Assembly (NCBI GenBank): GCA_963665295.1
Contig: OY762209.1
Coordinates: 2,272,001-2,336,000, forward strand
Direction: 5' to 3'
DNA length: 64,000 nucleotides
From: Syntrophorhabdaceae bacterium
GTDB lineage: Bacteria; Desulfobacterota; Syntrophorhabdia; Syntrophorhabdales; Syntrophorhabdaceae
The position numbers and the translations under genes were made by a program. Shown here in pieces: positions 37,601 through 47,148 of this stretch; the first letter of the stretch is position 1; the number at the start of each line of letters is the position of its first letter. Below the pieces are notes generated by a model. It did not search any database, was not told where the DNA came from, and saw only the letters and a list, made by a program, of their open reading frames with translations.

Positions 37601-37829
37601 CGAAGGTGTGGCGTGCGCAAAGGGCACGTGCAAGACACCCTTTGTCTATAAGCTGGAGGTGACCCTTTCGGCCTCCGCCGACCCCGGCTCTTACTTTATG
37701 GGCTGGTCCGGCGCCTGTTCCGGTACGGATGACTGCTTTGTGACTATGGACAAGGCAAGGAGCGTCACTGCAAAGTTCAAGAAGGGTTCGGCCCCTGCCT
37801 TGGGGGAGGAGGCCGTATCGGTTGAATGA
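34620..37829 (+). CDS. Large secreted beta-propeller repeat protein with four Cys-containing InlB-B-like repeats
   Basis: Signal peptide; 14 repeats of L.GVAYGNG.FVAVG...ILTSPDG.TW; four C-terminal G.G.VTS.P.GI.C...F.GWSG.C repeats. AAGGAGG SD. Confidence 0.85.
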   Translation: MSYRKGIILHLSLGLILFSLILISPAHSTPLDAKAKFVKFQQMQNALAAESVPAKVRSIQAALAPKSAAKPAKGKAAIAAGSRTKLMVAGKAQAARTKTSGDPLDDWAWSNPTPTGNRFSDITYGNGVYVAVGAYGTIFTSTDGKAWTQKVSGTTGDLFGVAYSGGVFVAVGYSTIPEATEFTVIILKSPDGATWTPVDLGMTGNLYGVTYADNKFVAVGFGGDLYSGIILTSPDGSSWEPVDTSAFSAQLWDVIYGNNTFVAVGFDQDYGTSAVLTSPDGVTWSQSDTTDLLSTLVGVTYGDGTFVAVGVDIDTESGAMTGAVLTSVDNGVTWTSRDPKMTGALGAVAYGNGSFVSVGYDGSSGAGVIFTSSNGTIWTRKAAGTPPSLNGVAYVNNGFVAVGSSGAIVTSPNGSAWTARSSVVTAATLYDVAYGNGAFVAVGYGGAIATSPDGATWTKRTSGTTYPLYHVAYGNGSFMAVGYYYDEEQGITTGNVILTSTDGAAWTKKSPAGVEGYSFLSVGFGNNTFVVTGFDTNNWADVILTYNGTTWTQNTTETVSFFYGVAYGNDTFVITGEGGIIMTSPDGAAWTLQDYIVGSTLYGVTFDNGVFMVVGDVNAILTSTDGTDWTDLTPMDLIDLWTLRSVAYDAGNDAWVVVGAYLDWESLQWSGAIILTSADGGATWVSRDPESTLALLGVAYGANSFVATGGHGMIRRSSQPVFYSLNLNRSGTGSGVVTSNPTGIDCGSACSASFAGETTVTLTAVPSAGSVFKSWSGCTSSGNKCTVVMNNAKTVTAAFAVANPVKLTVSKVKQASGDGAVTSSPAGIDCGKTCSGLYAPGTSVTLSAAVSSLSTFGGWSLPSCGGTGACTFTMDKAQTVKATFIGPQVLTVTNTSASKGKGTIMTDSGNIACERGTCKGSFLYNTVVTLTAAADSGSNSVFAGWSGCTTQSPTTCTVTMDKAQSVKGTFTGPQTLTVANSSVNRGTGTVTSNPEGVACAKGTCKTPFVYKLEVTLSASADPGSYFMGWSGACSGTDDCFVTMDKARSVTAKFKKGSAPALGEEAVSVE

Positions 37830-37840
37830 AACGGTACACA

Positions 37841-37869
37841 GCGTCCCATGGGAAGGTCTCATGGGACGC
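37841..37869 (+). terminator. Stem-loop downstream of the beta-propeller gene
   Basis: GCGTCCCATG...CATGGGACGC, weak T tract. Confidence 0.5.
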
Positions 37870-38009
37870 CAATAATTGCTTGACGGAAGCACACGCCCGT
37901 GCTATGAAAAGCCGTATCAGGGGATTATGACGAATAGAGCATGATTTTCCGGGCAGCTTGCGGGCCTGTGGAAAAATTCCCGAAAAATAAGATTTGGAGG
38001 AGTCGTCTT

Positions 38010-38930
38010 ATGAAGAATGTTGTGTGGAGGGAGGGTTTGGTTAAGCAGGTTCTGTGTCTTGCGGCAGCATTGTTGCTTCTGGGAGGGGCGGTAACCGCCG
38101 GGGCACAGGTGACGGATATATATGCCCAGGCAGGTTTTGGCGTGAAAGGCGCCTGGGGTTCCGTCGATGTTATGGTATACTCGTATGATGATATCGGCGC
38201 CGGCAAGGTTACAAGCTCCGCGACCGGTTGTCTTGAGGACCCCGGCCAGGGAAATAAATGCCCGAAGGACGCGCAGAGAAAGATCAACTGCGACGGCAGT
38301 GAAACGGCCATATGCTCTCTGTATTTCCCCAGCCAGACGAAGATCACCCTCACTGCCACCCCTCTGAAGGGCAGCGACGAGAGCCCGTCCGTCTTCGGAG
38401 GCTGGGTCGCGGATGCCCTGGATACGGTGTATGGGTGTTATCCCCTTGGAACGTACTCGTGCTACCCTGCGGGAGGAGCACTGGTGGGGGCCGTATTCGC
38501 CAAAAAAGAGACGACTGTTTCCCTTACCGTAGAGCCTTACTTCTTTAACGAACCCGTAGAGAAATCCGACAGCTACATCAGCGGACCGAACGGGCTCAAA
38601 TGCGGCGTTAATTACACGGAGTGCACCGTCAACGTAGCGATCGGCTCCACGGTAAGCCTGAAGGCCGTCACGTCGTCATCCGATTGGTTTTTCGGATACG
38701 TGAGCGGTTTTAAGACATGCAACTACATGTTCGGGGGAAGTTGCTCTTTCCCTGCCACCGTCACATGCCTCTCTGCAGCGGGAAGCACCTCTGCGAGAGC
38801 GGAGGACCTTGTCGCCTCAGGAGCGGCAAAGCGGAAAATTTCGGCCAAAGGCGCAGGCGTGAGCGTTGCCCTCGGTTCAAAGGGGCTCGGCAAGGTGCTC
38901 TTCAAAGGCAACAAGGGAATAGAAAAATAA
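38010..38930 (+). CDS. Secreted Cys-rich protein with two divergent InlB-B-like repeats
   Basis: GGAGGAG SD, signal peptide, ITLTATP...SVFGGW and GPNGLKCG...VSLKA repeats. Confidence 0.7.
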   Translation: MKNVVWREGLVKQVLCLAAALLLLGGAVTAGAQVTDIYAQAGFGVKGAWGSVDVMVYSYDDIGAGKVTSSATGCLEDPGQGNKCPKDAQRKINCDGSETAICSLYFPSQTKITLTATPLKGSDESPSVFGGWVADALDTVYGCYPLGTYSCYPAGGALVGAVFAKKETTVSLTVEPYFFNEPVEKSDSYISGPNGLKCGVNYTECTVNVAIGSTVSLKAVTSSSDWFFGYVSGFKTCNYMFGGSCSFPATVTCLSAAGSTSARAEDLVASGAAKRKISAKGAGVSVALGSKGLGKVLFKGNKGIEK

Positions 38931-38960
38931 ACGTCTATAGGTTCGGTCCGGGCTTGGGAT

Positions 38961-38999
38961 AAACAAAACCGCCACTCTTTACGGGTGGCGGTTTTGTTT
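38961..38999. terminator. Bidirectional intrinsic terminator
   Basis: AAACAAAACCGCCAC...GTGGCGGTTTTGTTT between convergent genes. Confidence 0.85.
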
Positions 39000-39021
39000 C
39001 AGGCAGGAAACGTGGGCTCTT

Positions 39022-40764
39022 CTATTTGAATATGGATACGAGCTTCCTGTTCTTTATATCCGCGAGCCCCTTATCGGTGATCCTCAAGAAAGGCAGTCCC
39101 GTGAAAGGGATAGTCTGAATGGTGAGGAACGGCTTTTCGAAGGCTGCGCCGATCTCTTTCAGCTTCTCGTCCAACTCTTTTGTCTTGTCCGCTATTTCCC
39201 TGATACTCGCGAGGGGCATGAGGCCGAAGGCGGGCATGGGGAATTCGTAAATGATCTTGCCGTGCTTTGCAATGGCAATGCCGCCCTGGATATCGATAAG
39301 CCGGTTCACCGCCACTTTGAGGTCCTCTTCCGTGCTCCCGAGGACAAAGATGTTACACGAGTCCCAGATAAGGGTCGTTGCCACGGCGCCGTCCTTGATG
39401 CCCGTGCCCTTGATAAAGCCCCGTCCCATCTTTTTGCCCTTGTTCCTGTTTATTACCGCCGTGGGAATGATATCCTCCTGAAGGTTGGGCTGGAGGAACC
39501 CTTCCTTGACGGACGAGGTGTACGTTATTTCCCGCGTTATGGTGGGATTCGCCACCTGGATCACCCGGATGTCCTTGTTCTTCCCGCGGGCCTTTATCCT
39601 GAAGTCGTCCTCCGTGACCTTGTCCGCATGGATGGTATGCATCACGGTTTCGGGAAAACGGTATTCAGGGGCGTCACCGATGAAGGCACCCCCGGCGCAC
39701 ACAATCCGCCCCTGTGCCATCACCCGGTCTATGGATACCTTTTCGAGGTCATCGAGGAAGAGGATGTCGGCATGCCTCAGCGGGGCGATAGCGCCGACAT
39801 GACGGAGACCGAGATAATCGGCGGGGTTTATGGTGAGCGTCTTTATCGCTTCCATGGGCGAGAATCCGTATGCTATGGCCTTTCTTGCAATGGAGTCGAG
39901 GTATCCCTCATCCCGGAGCATGACGGCATCGAAGAAATCCGAGACGAGCATGATGCGGCGTGTGTCCACGGCGAGGTCCTTGATCTTGTGAAGCTCGGGT
40001 AACTCCTGACGCACGAAACCTTCGCGCACCATGACGTACGTGCCGGACCTGAGTTTCTCCATCACCTCGTCCATCTGGATGGACTCATGACACGACGTGA
40101 CCCCGGTAAGAAGGTACTCTGTGAATTTTTTGCCCCGGGCGCCCGCGGAGTGGCCGTCTATCCTTTTGCCCAGGGAAATGGCGAGGGCCGCCTGCTTCAT
40201 GATCCTGTCTTCCCCTTCAACCACCCTGGTCCAATAGGCTTCGCCGATACCGAGAAAATCATCCCTTTTTAAAAGGGTGGAAAACTCGCCGAAGGTGAGC
40301 CCCCGGGCGCCTTCCATCCTGGGAAAGGGAGGTGTGAGAGGGGGCACGACAAAGTAACATTTCAAAGGATAGCCTTTGGTGCTGTCGATGAAGGAAAGGA
40401 GGGCGTCCATACCGCAACTCGTACCGATCATGGTACATTCGGTGACTATCGTGGTGGTGCCTCCCCGGAGTGCGTAGGGCGCGAATTGGTGGAACGTATA
40501 TACTGCATCGATATGGGTATGGGCGTCCACAAAACCGGGGCAGAGAAAACGTCCCCCCGCGTCTATGGAGTCTGCCGGCCCGTAAGAGGGCACGTCCTTG
40601 TCTTCCTCGATGGACACGATAAAACCGTCCTTTATCACTACCATGAGACCATCTTGTATCTCATTGGTGAAGACATTGATGATCCGGCCGTTCCTTATCA
40701 CGGTATCTGGCGGCACAGTCCCTTTCAGCACGTCCAGAAAAGTTTTCAACTGTTCTTTCTTCAT
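39022..40764 (-). CDS. ade: Adenine deaminase (amidohydrolase family)
   Basis: PGFVDAHTHID, GGTTT, IDGHS, SCHE, MVREG, TINPA and the adenine deaminase C-terminal domain. Confidence 0.82.
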   Translation of the reverse strand: MKKEQLKTFLDVLKGTVPPDTVIRNGRIINVFTNEIQDGLMVVIKDGFIVSIEEDKDVPSYGPADSIDAGGRFLCPGFVDAHTHIDAVYTFHQFAPYALRGGTTTIVTECTMIGTSCGMDALLSFIDSTKGYPLKCYFVVPPLTPPFPRMEGARGLTFGEFSTLLKRDDFLGIGEAYWTRVVEGEDRIMKQAALAISLGKRIDGHSAGARGKKFTEYLLTGVTSCHESIQMDEVMEKLRSGTYVMVREGFVRQELPELHKIKDLAVDTRRIMLVSDFFDAVMLRDEGYLDSIARKAIAYGFSPMEAIKTLTINPADYLGLRHVGAIAPLRHADILFLDDLEKVSIDRVMAQGRIVCAGGAFIGDAPEYRFPETVMHTIHADKVTEDDFRIKARGKNKDIRVIQVANPTITREITYTSSVKEGFLQPNLQEDIIPTAVINRNKGKKMGRGFIKGTGIKDGAVATTLIWDSCNIFVLGSTEEDLKVAVNRLIDIQGGIAIAKHGKIIYEFPMPAFGLMPLASIREIADKTKELDEKLKEIGAAFEKPFLTIQTIPFTGLPFLRITDKGLADIKNRKLVSIFK

Positions 40765-40905
40765 AGTGTGGTCCTTTTGCAGCAGTATGGAATTTTGTCG
40801 CGAAGGCGGAACCTCAAGGGAGCGCCCCACTCCCTTAGTGTACACGAATGAATTGTCCTTTGTAAACCGGAGTCTGCCCTTCCGCGCGTTGCGTGGGGAC
40901 AGGCT

Positions 40906-42969
40906 CTACCTGTCAACCTCTATCTTGACATCTACTGCCGTGGCCCATTTGCCGTCCTCGTGCACGATAAGAGGGTTTATATCGAGGTTCCTTATTTCAG
41001 GGTGATCGATGAGGAGACGCGAGACCCCCGAGAGCGCGGTTGTCAGGGCCGTTATGTCCGCCCGGGGACGGCCCCGTGCACCTTTCAGGATGGGGGCTCC
41101 CTGGATACTGTTCACCATCTCCATTGCCGTCTCCGGATCGACCGGAACGAGACGAATCGCGGCATCCCGTAGTATTTCGACGAAAATGCCACCCAGGCCG
41201 AAGAGAACCACGTGACCGAATTCCTGGTCCCGTTTCCCGCCGATAATGACCTCCGTTCCTGAAGAGGCCATCTTCTGAATAAGGCACCTTTCTCCTCCTA
41301 TCCCGGTCCAGGCATGGCCGAGGGCCGCTTCATCCGTGATATCCAACACCACGCCGTTTTTTTCGCTCTTATGGAGTATGGAAGGTGACTCTATCTTCAT
41401 CGCCACCGGGTAGCCCATCTTAGCCGCAAGGAGTCTGGCCCCGTCGAGGTCCTTCGCCACCCCTGAGGGTAAAACGGAGAGGCCGTATGCTTCGAGGAGG
41501 GAAAACGCCTCGGGCGAACCAAGGATTCGCGAGGGACCCGCGGCCTTGCGCGGCTGCCGGGCACGCAAGGCTTTCGTGGAGGAGCCGGTCAGGCGCGCAT
41601 GAGCCCGGGACTTTTTGTCGGCAAAGGCGAAATGGTCTCTCGACTCCGCGAGGGCCCTCAATGCGTAGTCAACGTCACCAAAAATGGGGAAATCGACTGC
41701 TTTCCTGATGATGGGCCACTGGTCCCTGTTGCAGGCGAGGCAAAGGGCGGCGGGCTTTCCGTACCGGGCTACCTGTTCTGACGCGTTACCGATAAAGTTC
41801 CGGACCTTCAGGCCGTCGCTTTCGGAACTGTAGGTAACCACGTAAAGGACGCCGTCGGCAGCCTCCTCCGCGAGGGCCCGGTCCATGATCTCCGAATAGG
41901 AGGCAAGGTCGTATATGTCGCCCACGTCAACGGGATTGGTGGTTCTTATGACATTGATCTTCTTTTCTTTTACGGCGGAGAAGAAATTCTCGGAAAGAGG
42001 GGCAAGCTCAAAACCGTGACGGTGAACCCCATCCGCCGAGAGGACTCCGTGGCCTCCGGAACGGGTGATGACGGCGAGGCGCGGGCCTTTTGCGAGGGGG
42101 AGGCTGAAGATCTTGAAGGCATCGATCATCTGTGCCAGGCTCTCGACCTGGTGTACACCCGCTTCCCTGAGGGCCGCCTCCGCCACCCGGTCATCCCCTG
42201 CGAGGGCTGCGGTGTGGAACCTTGCGATCTCCCTTCCCGTGGGGCTTCTGTTCGCCTTCAAGAGCACGATCGGCTTGTCGGTGGACGATGCGATCTCGAT
42301 GAGGCGCCTGCCGTCGGAGAAGTCTTCGAGATAAAGCCCGATCACGGAAGTGCCCGGGTCGGAGATAAGGTATTCGAGACATTCGTTCTCGTCAAGGAGG
42401 AGCTTGTTCCCTATGCTTACGAGTTTGTTGAGGCCCAGATTTTCGCATGACGCGATCATGCACGTGTCGTAGAGTATCCCGCCGCTCTGGGATATGAGGG
42501 ATATTCCCCCTGTCCGCATATACCCGGGATCGAAAATGAAGAAAGGGAGGACAAGGCGCGCTTCAAGGTTGATCACGCCGAAGCAATTGGGTCCGATCAC
42601 TTTCATATCCCACTTTGCGCTGATCTGCCGGATTTCTTCCTCCAGCGTCTTCTTGGAGTCGCTCAGTTCGGAAAAACCTCCCGATTCCAGAATAACATGG
42701 CGGATGCCTTTTCTGCCGCACTGTTCAAGGGTCTCAGGGATGCGGACCGCGGGGATGAGTTGGACCGCGAGGTCCGGGACGCTATCCGCCTCATCGATGG
42801 TGGGGATGATCCTGCTTCCCCCTACGGCCCCTTTTCCTTTTCCCACGGGGTAGACCTTTCCCCCGAACCCGAAGCGTTCAAGATTTTCGATGATGATACG
42901 GGCCATGTTGGAAGGGGTATCGGAAACTCCGAAAACCGCCACGCTTCCGGGGTAGAAGAAATTTCTCAT
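40906..42969 (-). CDS. ADP-forming acyl-CoA synthetase (acetate-CoA ligase family, fused alpha/beta)
   Basis: P.SVAVFGVS, GPNCFG, SQSGG, HTAALAG phospho-His, ATP-grasp HKSE..GV, LDINPL. Confidence 0.9.
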   Translation of the reverse strand: MRNFFYPGSVAVFGVSDTPSNMARIIIENLERFGFGGKVYPVGKGKGAVGGSRIIPTIDEADSVPDLAVQLIPAVRIPETLEQCGRKGIRHVILESGGFSELSDSKKTLEEEIRQISAKWDMKVIGPNCFGVINLEARLVLPFFIFDPGYMRTGGISLISQSGGILYDTCMIASCENLGLNKLVSIGNKLLLDENECLEYLISDPGTSVIGLYLEDFSDGRRLIEIASSTDKPIVLLKANRSPTGREIARFHTAALAGDDRVAEAALREAGVHQVESLAQMIDAFKIFSLPLAKGPRLAVITRSGGHGVLSADGVHRHGFELAPLSENFFSAVKEKKINVIRTTNPVDVGDIYDLASYSEIMDRALAEEAADGVLYVVTYSSESDGLKVRNFIGNASEQVARYGKPAALCLACNRDQWPIIRKAVDFPIFGDVDYALRALAESRDHFAFADKKSRAHARLTGSSTKALRARQPRKAAGPSRILGSPEAFSLLEAYGLSVLPSGVAKDLDGARLLAAKMGYPVAMKIESPSILHKSEKNGVVLDITDEAALGHAWTGIGGERCLIQKMASSGTEVIIGGKRDQEFGHVVLFGLGGIFVEILRDAAIRLVPVDPETAMEMVNSIQGAPILKGARGRPRADITALTTALSGVSRLLIDHPEIRNLDINPLIVHEDGKWATAVDVKIEVDR

Positions 42970-43254
42970 TGTGATCTCCTGGGTGGTTTCGTCTTCACGG
43001 CAATATAATACCGATATTCAGAACTGGAACACAAAGGTTTTCGCACCGTCGGGAAACAGGACGATTCCGACGATCCTCTATACGGACGCAGTGGATGGTG
43101 ATGATTAATGACCATAATTACGGATAAAAAGATACGTGAGAGAGTAACAGCGAATATTGAGGATAAAATAGTGCTTGAAATACGGACTGGGGAGAACTAC
43201 TTTAGTCATAGGAGTTGATACATGTAACGCTATTATATGAAGGAGGGACCTCAC

Positions 43255-43650
43255 ATGTCCGCTGAAGTGAAATCAAGGGTCGACGAAACCCCGAAAGAGA
43301 TTCTACTCAATGCCGTAAAGGCCATTCAAGGCGCCCAGGAGTACCTGAGTAAAGCCACCGAGGCAACCTACGGCTATGACCCGGAAATAGTTACACAGAT
43401 CCGCGTCGAGCGCGAGTCCCTCGATGCCTTCCTGACTCAATTGTCCCATGCGGGGACGATCACCGATGATGATCTTTTTGCCAAAGCCACGGGAGCGTTG
43501 AAACTCCAGGCTCCGTCGCTTCACGCGGTGAGCGACCAGGTCAAAAAGACGGCCAGCGATATCGCCACGGCGCCGGGCGTTTCCGGCTACATGGAACAGA
43601 CGGTGACGTTTATCCAACAGGCCGCGATTTTTATCTCGGAATTGCCATAG
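43255..43650 (+). CDS. Hypothetical helical protein
   Basis: AAGGAGG SD before ATG 43255. Confidence 0.65.
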   Translation: MSAEVKSRVDETPKEILLNAVKAIQGAQEYLSKATEATYGYDPEIVTQIRVERESLDAFLTQLSHAGTITDDDLFAKATGALKLQAPSLHAVSDQVKKTASDIATAPGVSGYMEQTVTFIQQAAIFISELP

Positions 43651-43727
43651 CCGGGAAGCGATTGCGGGGAAGGGCAGCGAGACCGGTTTAAGAGACAACG
43701 AAACTTAATAGAAGAGGAGGAATCATA

Positions 43728-43976
43728 ATGGCCACATTCAAAGTCATATACAGGAACAAACTCAACGGCGACGGTGAACCCTGCGAGTTTCCCGCCGACA
43801 AACTCAATGCGAACCGTGTAATAATCGAGTCCTACGGGATTGAAAAGAGAGAAATCAGAGAGGGCGAGAATTTCGCCCGGGAAACCTGGGGGTACGAAGT
43901 TCCGGACAAAGACGCCGATCGCTTTGCCGAGGGGCTGAAGACTACGCCCACTATTATCGAGTTTGAGAGGCAGTAA
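43728..43976 (+). CDS. Small hypothetical protein
   Basis: GAGGAGG SD, 82 aa. Confidence 0.65.
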   Translation: MATFKVIYRNKLNGDGEPCEFPADKLNANRVIIESYGIEKREIREGENFARETWGYEVPDKDADRFAEGLKTTPTIIEFERQ

Positions 43977-44237
43977 ACCGCGGTAAAGATGAAGCCGGGC
44001 GGCGCCCGCGGATACAAGGCGTCGCCCGCCGGTCACAAGATGAGCCGCCGGACCGGCATCCCTTTCCCGACGCGCTAATCCGTTGCCCATGGATCCGCGG
44101 GTCATTCCTCATGGATCATCCTGCATGCCGTGCATTAGAGGGTCCTCAATAATTCCATTAAGTTATTGGATTAATTCTATTAGCTCATGTATATTGGTTT
44201 TGAACACTTTGGGGTTTACCAATAATAAGGAGGGTAC

Positions 44238-45530
44238 ATGGCTAACGATTATACGGAAATGTGGAGTTCTTTGGGGCTCAATCTCGAAGCCCATAACGGA
44301 TTGCTCGCGGTGCTCTCCGACGCATATCAGAATATCTACCTGTCCCAAAAGAACAGGCCCGTCGGCATGGAATACTTCGACTTCGTCGTTTCGGAGGTCC
44401 ACGGCCAGAGAGTCGTGGAGATACTGAAGGACAAGATCGCGGGAAAACCCGTAGTAGGCACCTTTTGCATTTACGTGCCGGAAGAGCTGATCCTTGCAGT
44501 GGACGGTGTCGCCATCGGCCTGTGCGCCGGGGCGGATGTTGGCGGGGAAGAAGCGGAAAGATACCTGCCCAGGAACACCTGCGCCCTTATCAAGGCATTC
44601 ATGGGTTTCAAGCTCGCAGGCCTCTGCCCGTACATCGAGTCAGCCGACCTTGTGGTGGGCGAAACCACCTGCGACGGCAAGAAGAAGGCCTATGAGATCC
44701 TTAATGAGATCACGGGGAAAGTGCATGTCATGGAGTTGCCTCATATGAAGGGCGAGGATGGGGCGCATCTCTGGAGGAAGGAGATCAAAAAACTCGCAGG
44801 CAGACTGTCTGAAATCACGAAAAGGGAAATCACCCTCGACGGCCTGAGGCAGGCCGTGAGGATAGTGAATGAAAAAAGGGAAGCCCTCCGAAGGCTCGCC
44901 GGTCTGAGGGCCCACGACCCTTCGCCCATCTCCGGCCTCGACGCACTCCTCATAAACCAGATCTCCTTCTATGACGACCCCCTTCGTTTTACTGCGAAAC
45001 TCAATACGCTGTGTGATGAGCTTGACGAGAGGGTACGCTCGGGGGTGGGCGTCACCGCCAAGGGCGCTCCGCGGCTCCTTGTCTCCGGTTCCCCTATGGC
45101 CATTCCCAACTGGAAACTCCATTTCCTGGTGGAGAGCAGCGGGGCCGTGGTAGTGGGGGAAGAAGCATGCGTGGGAGAGAGAAACTATTCGACCGTCCTC
45201 GGAGAAGATTTTTCTTCAGTCGAAGAAGCCATGGCGAGGATGGCCGATCGTTCCTTATCCATAAACTGCGCCTGTTTTACCCCGAACGACGAGAGACTGA
45301 CGGATATCCGCATGATGGCGGAGCGGCTCCACGCTGACGGCGTTGTCCACTATGCCCTGCAGTTCTGCACTCCCTACATGATCGAAGCCTATAAAGTCAG
45401 AAACACGGCCGAGTCGGCGAATGTGCCTTTCCTTAAGATCGAGACCGACTATAGCATGGAAGACATGGGGCAGCTCAAAACACGGGTGGAGGCGTTTATC
45501 GAAATGGTGAAGGATGGTCGGGGACGTTGA
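44238..45530 (+). CDS. Double-cubane-cluster reductase (DCCP; 2-hydroxyacyl-CoA dehydratase family)
   Basis: GTFCIYVPEE, GLCAG, PRNTCALIK, CPY, ETTCDGKKK, EEAC, CACF, LQFC, ETDYS. Confidence 0.85.
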   Translation: MANDYTEMWSSLGLNLEAHNGLLAVLSDAYQNIYLSQKNRPVGMEYFDFVVSEVHGQRVVEILKDKIAGKPVVGTFCIYVPEELILAVDGVAIGLCAGADVGGEEAERYLPRNTCALIKAFMGFKLAGLCPYIESADLVVGETTCDGKKKAYEILNEITGKVHVMELPHMKGEDGAHLWRKEIKKLAGRLSEITKREITLDGLRQAVRIVNEKREALRRLAGLRAHDPSPISGLDALLINQISFYDDPLRFTAKLNTLCDELDERVRSGVGVTAKGAPRLLVSGSPMAIPNWKLHFLVESSGAVVVGEEACVGERNYSTVLGEDFSSVEEAMARMADRSLSINCACFTPNDERLTDIRMMAERLHADGVVHYALQFCTPYMIEAYKVRNTAESANVPFLKIETDYSMEDMGQLKTRVEAFIEMVKDGRGR

Positions 45531-46270
45531 AGGCCGCCGGTATCGATATAGGTTCACGGTACATCAAGTACGCCGTGCAGGAAGAGGGTAAGGAGACCGT
45601 TTTTTTCGTGAAGGAGACGGGATACGACCCCTTGTCCGTATGCAGGGAGTTTCTTGCCGCAACCGCGCCCGATCGTCTGCTCGCCACCGGCTACGGCAGG
45701 CATCTCCTGGAAAGCGACATGGGCGTGGCGACGATCACGGAAATCAAGGCCGTGGCAAAAGGAGCCAGGAAGGTGTTTCCTTCCTGCAGGACCATCATCG
45801 ATATCGGAGGGCAGGACACGAAAGTGATCGAGCTTGACGCACAGGGCATTATTACAAACTTCGAGATGAACGACCGCTGCGCGGCAGGGACGGGCAAGTT
45901 TCTTGAAATCATGGCCCACGCCCTCGGATTTACGATAGAGGACTTCGGCCGCCATTGCCGGGACGACGGGCATATCACCATAAACAGCCTGTGCGCCGTT
46001 TTCGCGGAGTCCGAGGTTATAAGCCTCATTGCAAAAGGCATCGAGAGGGAGGCTATAGCCACCGCCCTCCACAACTCGGTCCTCAACAGGCTCGTTCCCC
46101 TGATACAAAGGGTTGGTGTGGAGGAAGACGTGGTCTTTGCGGGCGGATGCACCCGGAACCCATTCCTTAAACAAGCCCTTCAGGAGCGCCTCCGGGTAGA
46201 GGTGCACGTCCATGAGCACTCCCCCATGCTGAGCGCTTTGGGCGCCTCCCTCTACGCGGCAGGACGGTAA
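45527..46270 (+). CDS. ATP-dependent activator (HgdC/BadF-type ASKHA [4Fe-4S] ATPase)
   Basis: GIDIGS, TGYGR, DIGGQDTK, MNDRCAAGTG, CAVFAESE. Overlaps the upstream stop. Confidence 0.92.
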   Translation: MKAAGIDIGSRYIKYAVQEEGKETVFFVKETGYDPLSVCREFLAATAPDRLLATGYGRHLLESDMGVATITEIKAVAKGARKVFPSCRTIIDIGGQDTKVIELDAQGIITNFEMNDRCAAGTGKFLEIMAHALGFTIEDFGRHCRDDGHITINSLCAVFAESEVISLIAKGIEREAIATALHNSVLNRLVPLIQRVGVEEDVVFAGGCTRNPFLKQALQERLRVEVHVHEHSPMLSALGASLYAAGR

Positions 46271-46497
46271 AGGGCCGGGATTTCCCGCTCGAACGCCACG
46301 GGATCCCCTCAGATGACCCCAAGGGCGAAACGATTTTTCTCCCGTTCCACGGAAAGCCTGCACAATCCCGGTTGACATTGAAGGTCCGTTGGGTGGTAAA
46401 TATTGATTGTGCGGTCACGACCTTCAGGGAGCCTTGATCGGGCCGCCGTGTGCTCCGCGTCCGGGCGGCGCGTTCAAACCCAAATTGAGGAGGATAT

Positions 46498-46683
46498 ATG
46501 CCTATAGTGCAAGTGCACATGATCGAGGGAAGAACAGTAGAACAGAAGAGGAAGCTTGTAACGGAGATGACCCGGGTTATGGTGGACACGCTGGGTGTCA
46601 AACCGGAGGACGTGCGCATTATCCTGCAGGAAATGGCAAAACACGACTATTCCGTGGCCGGTACCCTGTTCATAGACAGGTAG
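46498..46683 (+). CDS. 4-oxalocrotonate tautomerase family protein
   Basis: N-terminal Pro, GRTVEQKRKL, 61 aa, GAGGAGG SD. Confidence 0.92.
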   Translation: MPIVQVHMIEGRTVEQKRKLVTEMTRVMVDTLGVKPEDVRIILQEMAKHDYSVAGTLFIDR

Positions 46684-47148
46684 GACATCCGGGAAAAGGA
46701 GAAGTCGCGGCGGCGGTCCTACGCGAGACGTAGAGCGGATGATGGGCGCCGGAGGCTGCCGGGGGGCGTATCGGGCCGTAAGCGATGAGGCGTCGCCCCT
46801 TGGCCGCCCGCCCGGAGGTCGCCCCCGGAAGATAGTCCCGTTCATAGTATCCTTATGAATTTCCGTATTTTTTACGTGTGCGCCGAAACCGTCTTGAAAT
46901 CGTAATAGCGTTTTGACAGTGGACCGTATTTATGATAACTTTTCATATGTTTTGCCTGTCAAAATACCGCGTCTGCTTCATCTGCCATTACCCTGATAAC
47001 ATTATTGAATCTGCCTTTAAAAGAATACCGTAAAAACTGATCTTCATTTCATGACCATAGAAGAATGTCTTTGCATTTTCCCGTGGTGATGAACATTATT
47101 GCAGACGCAGGCCTGCCGGAAATACGATCCAATGAGGAATATATAGAT

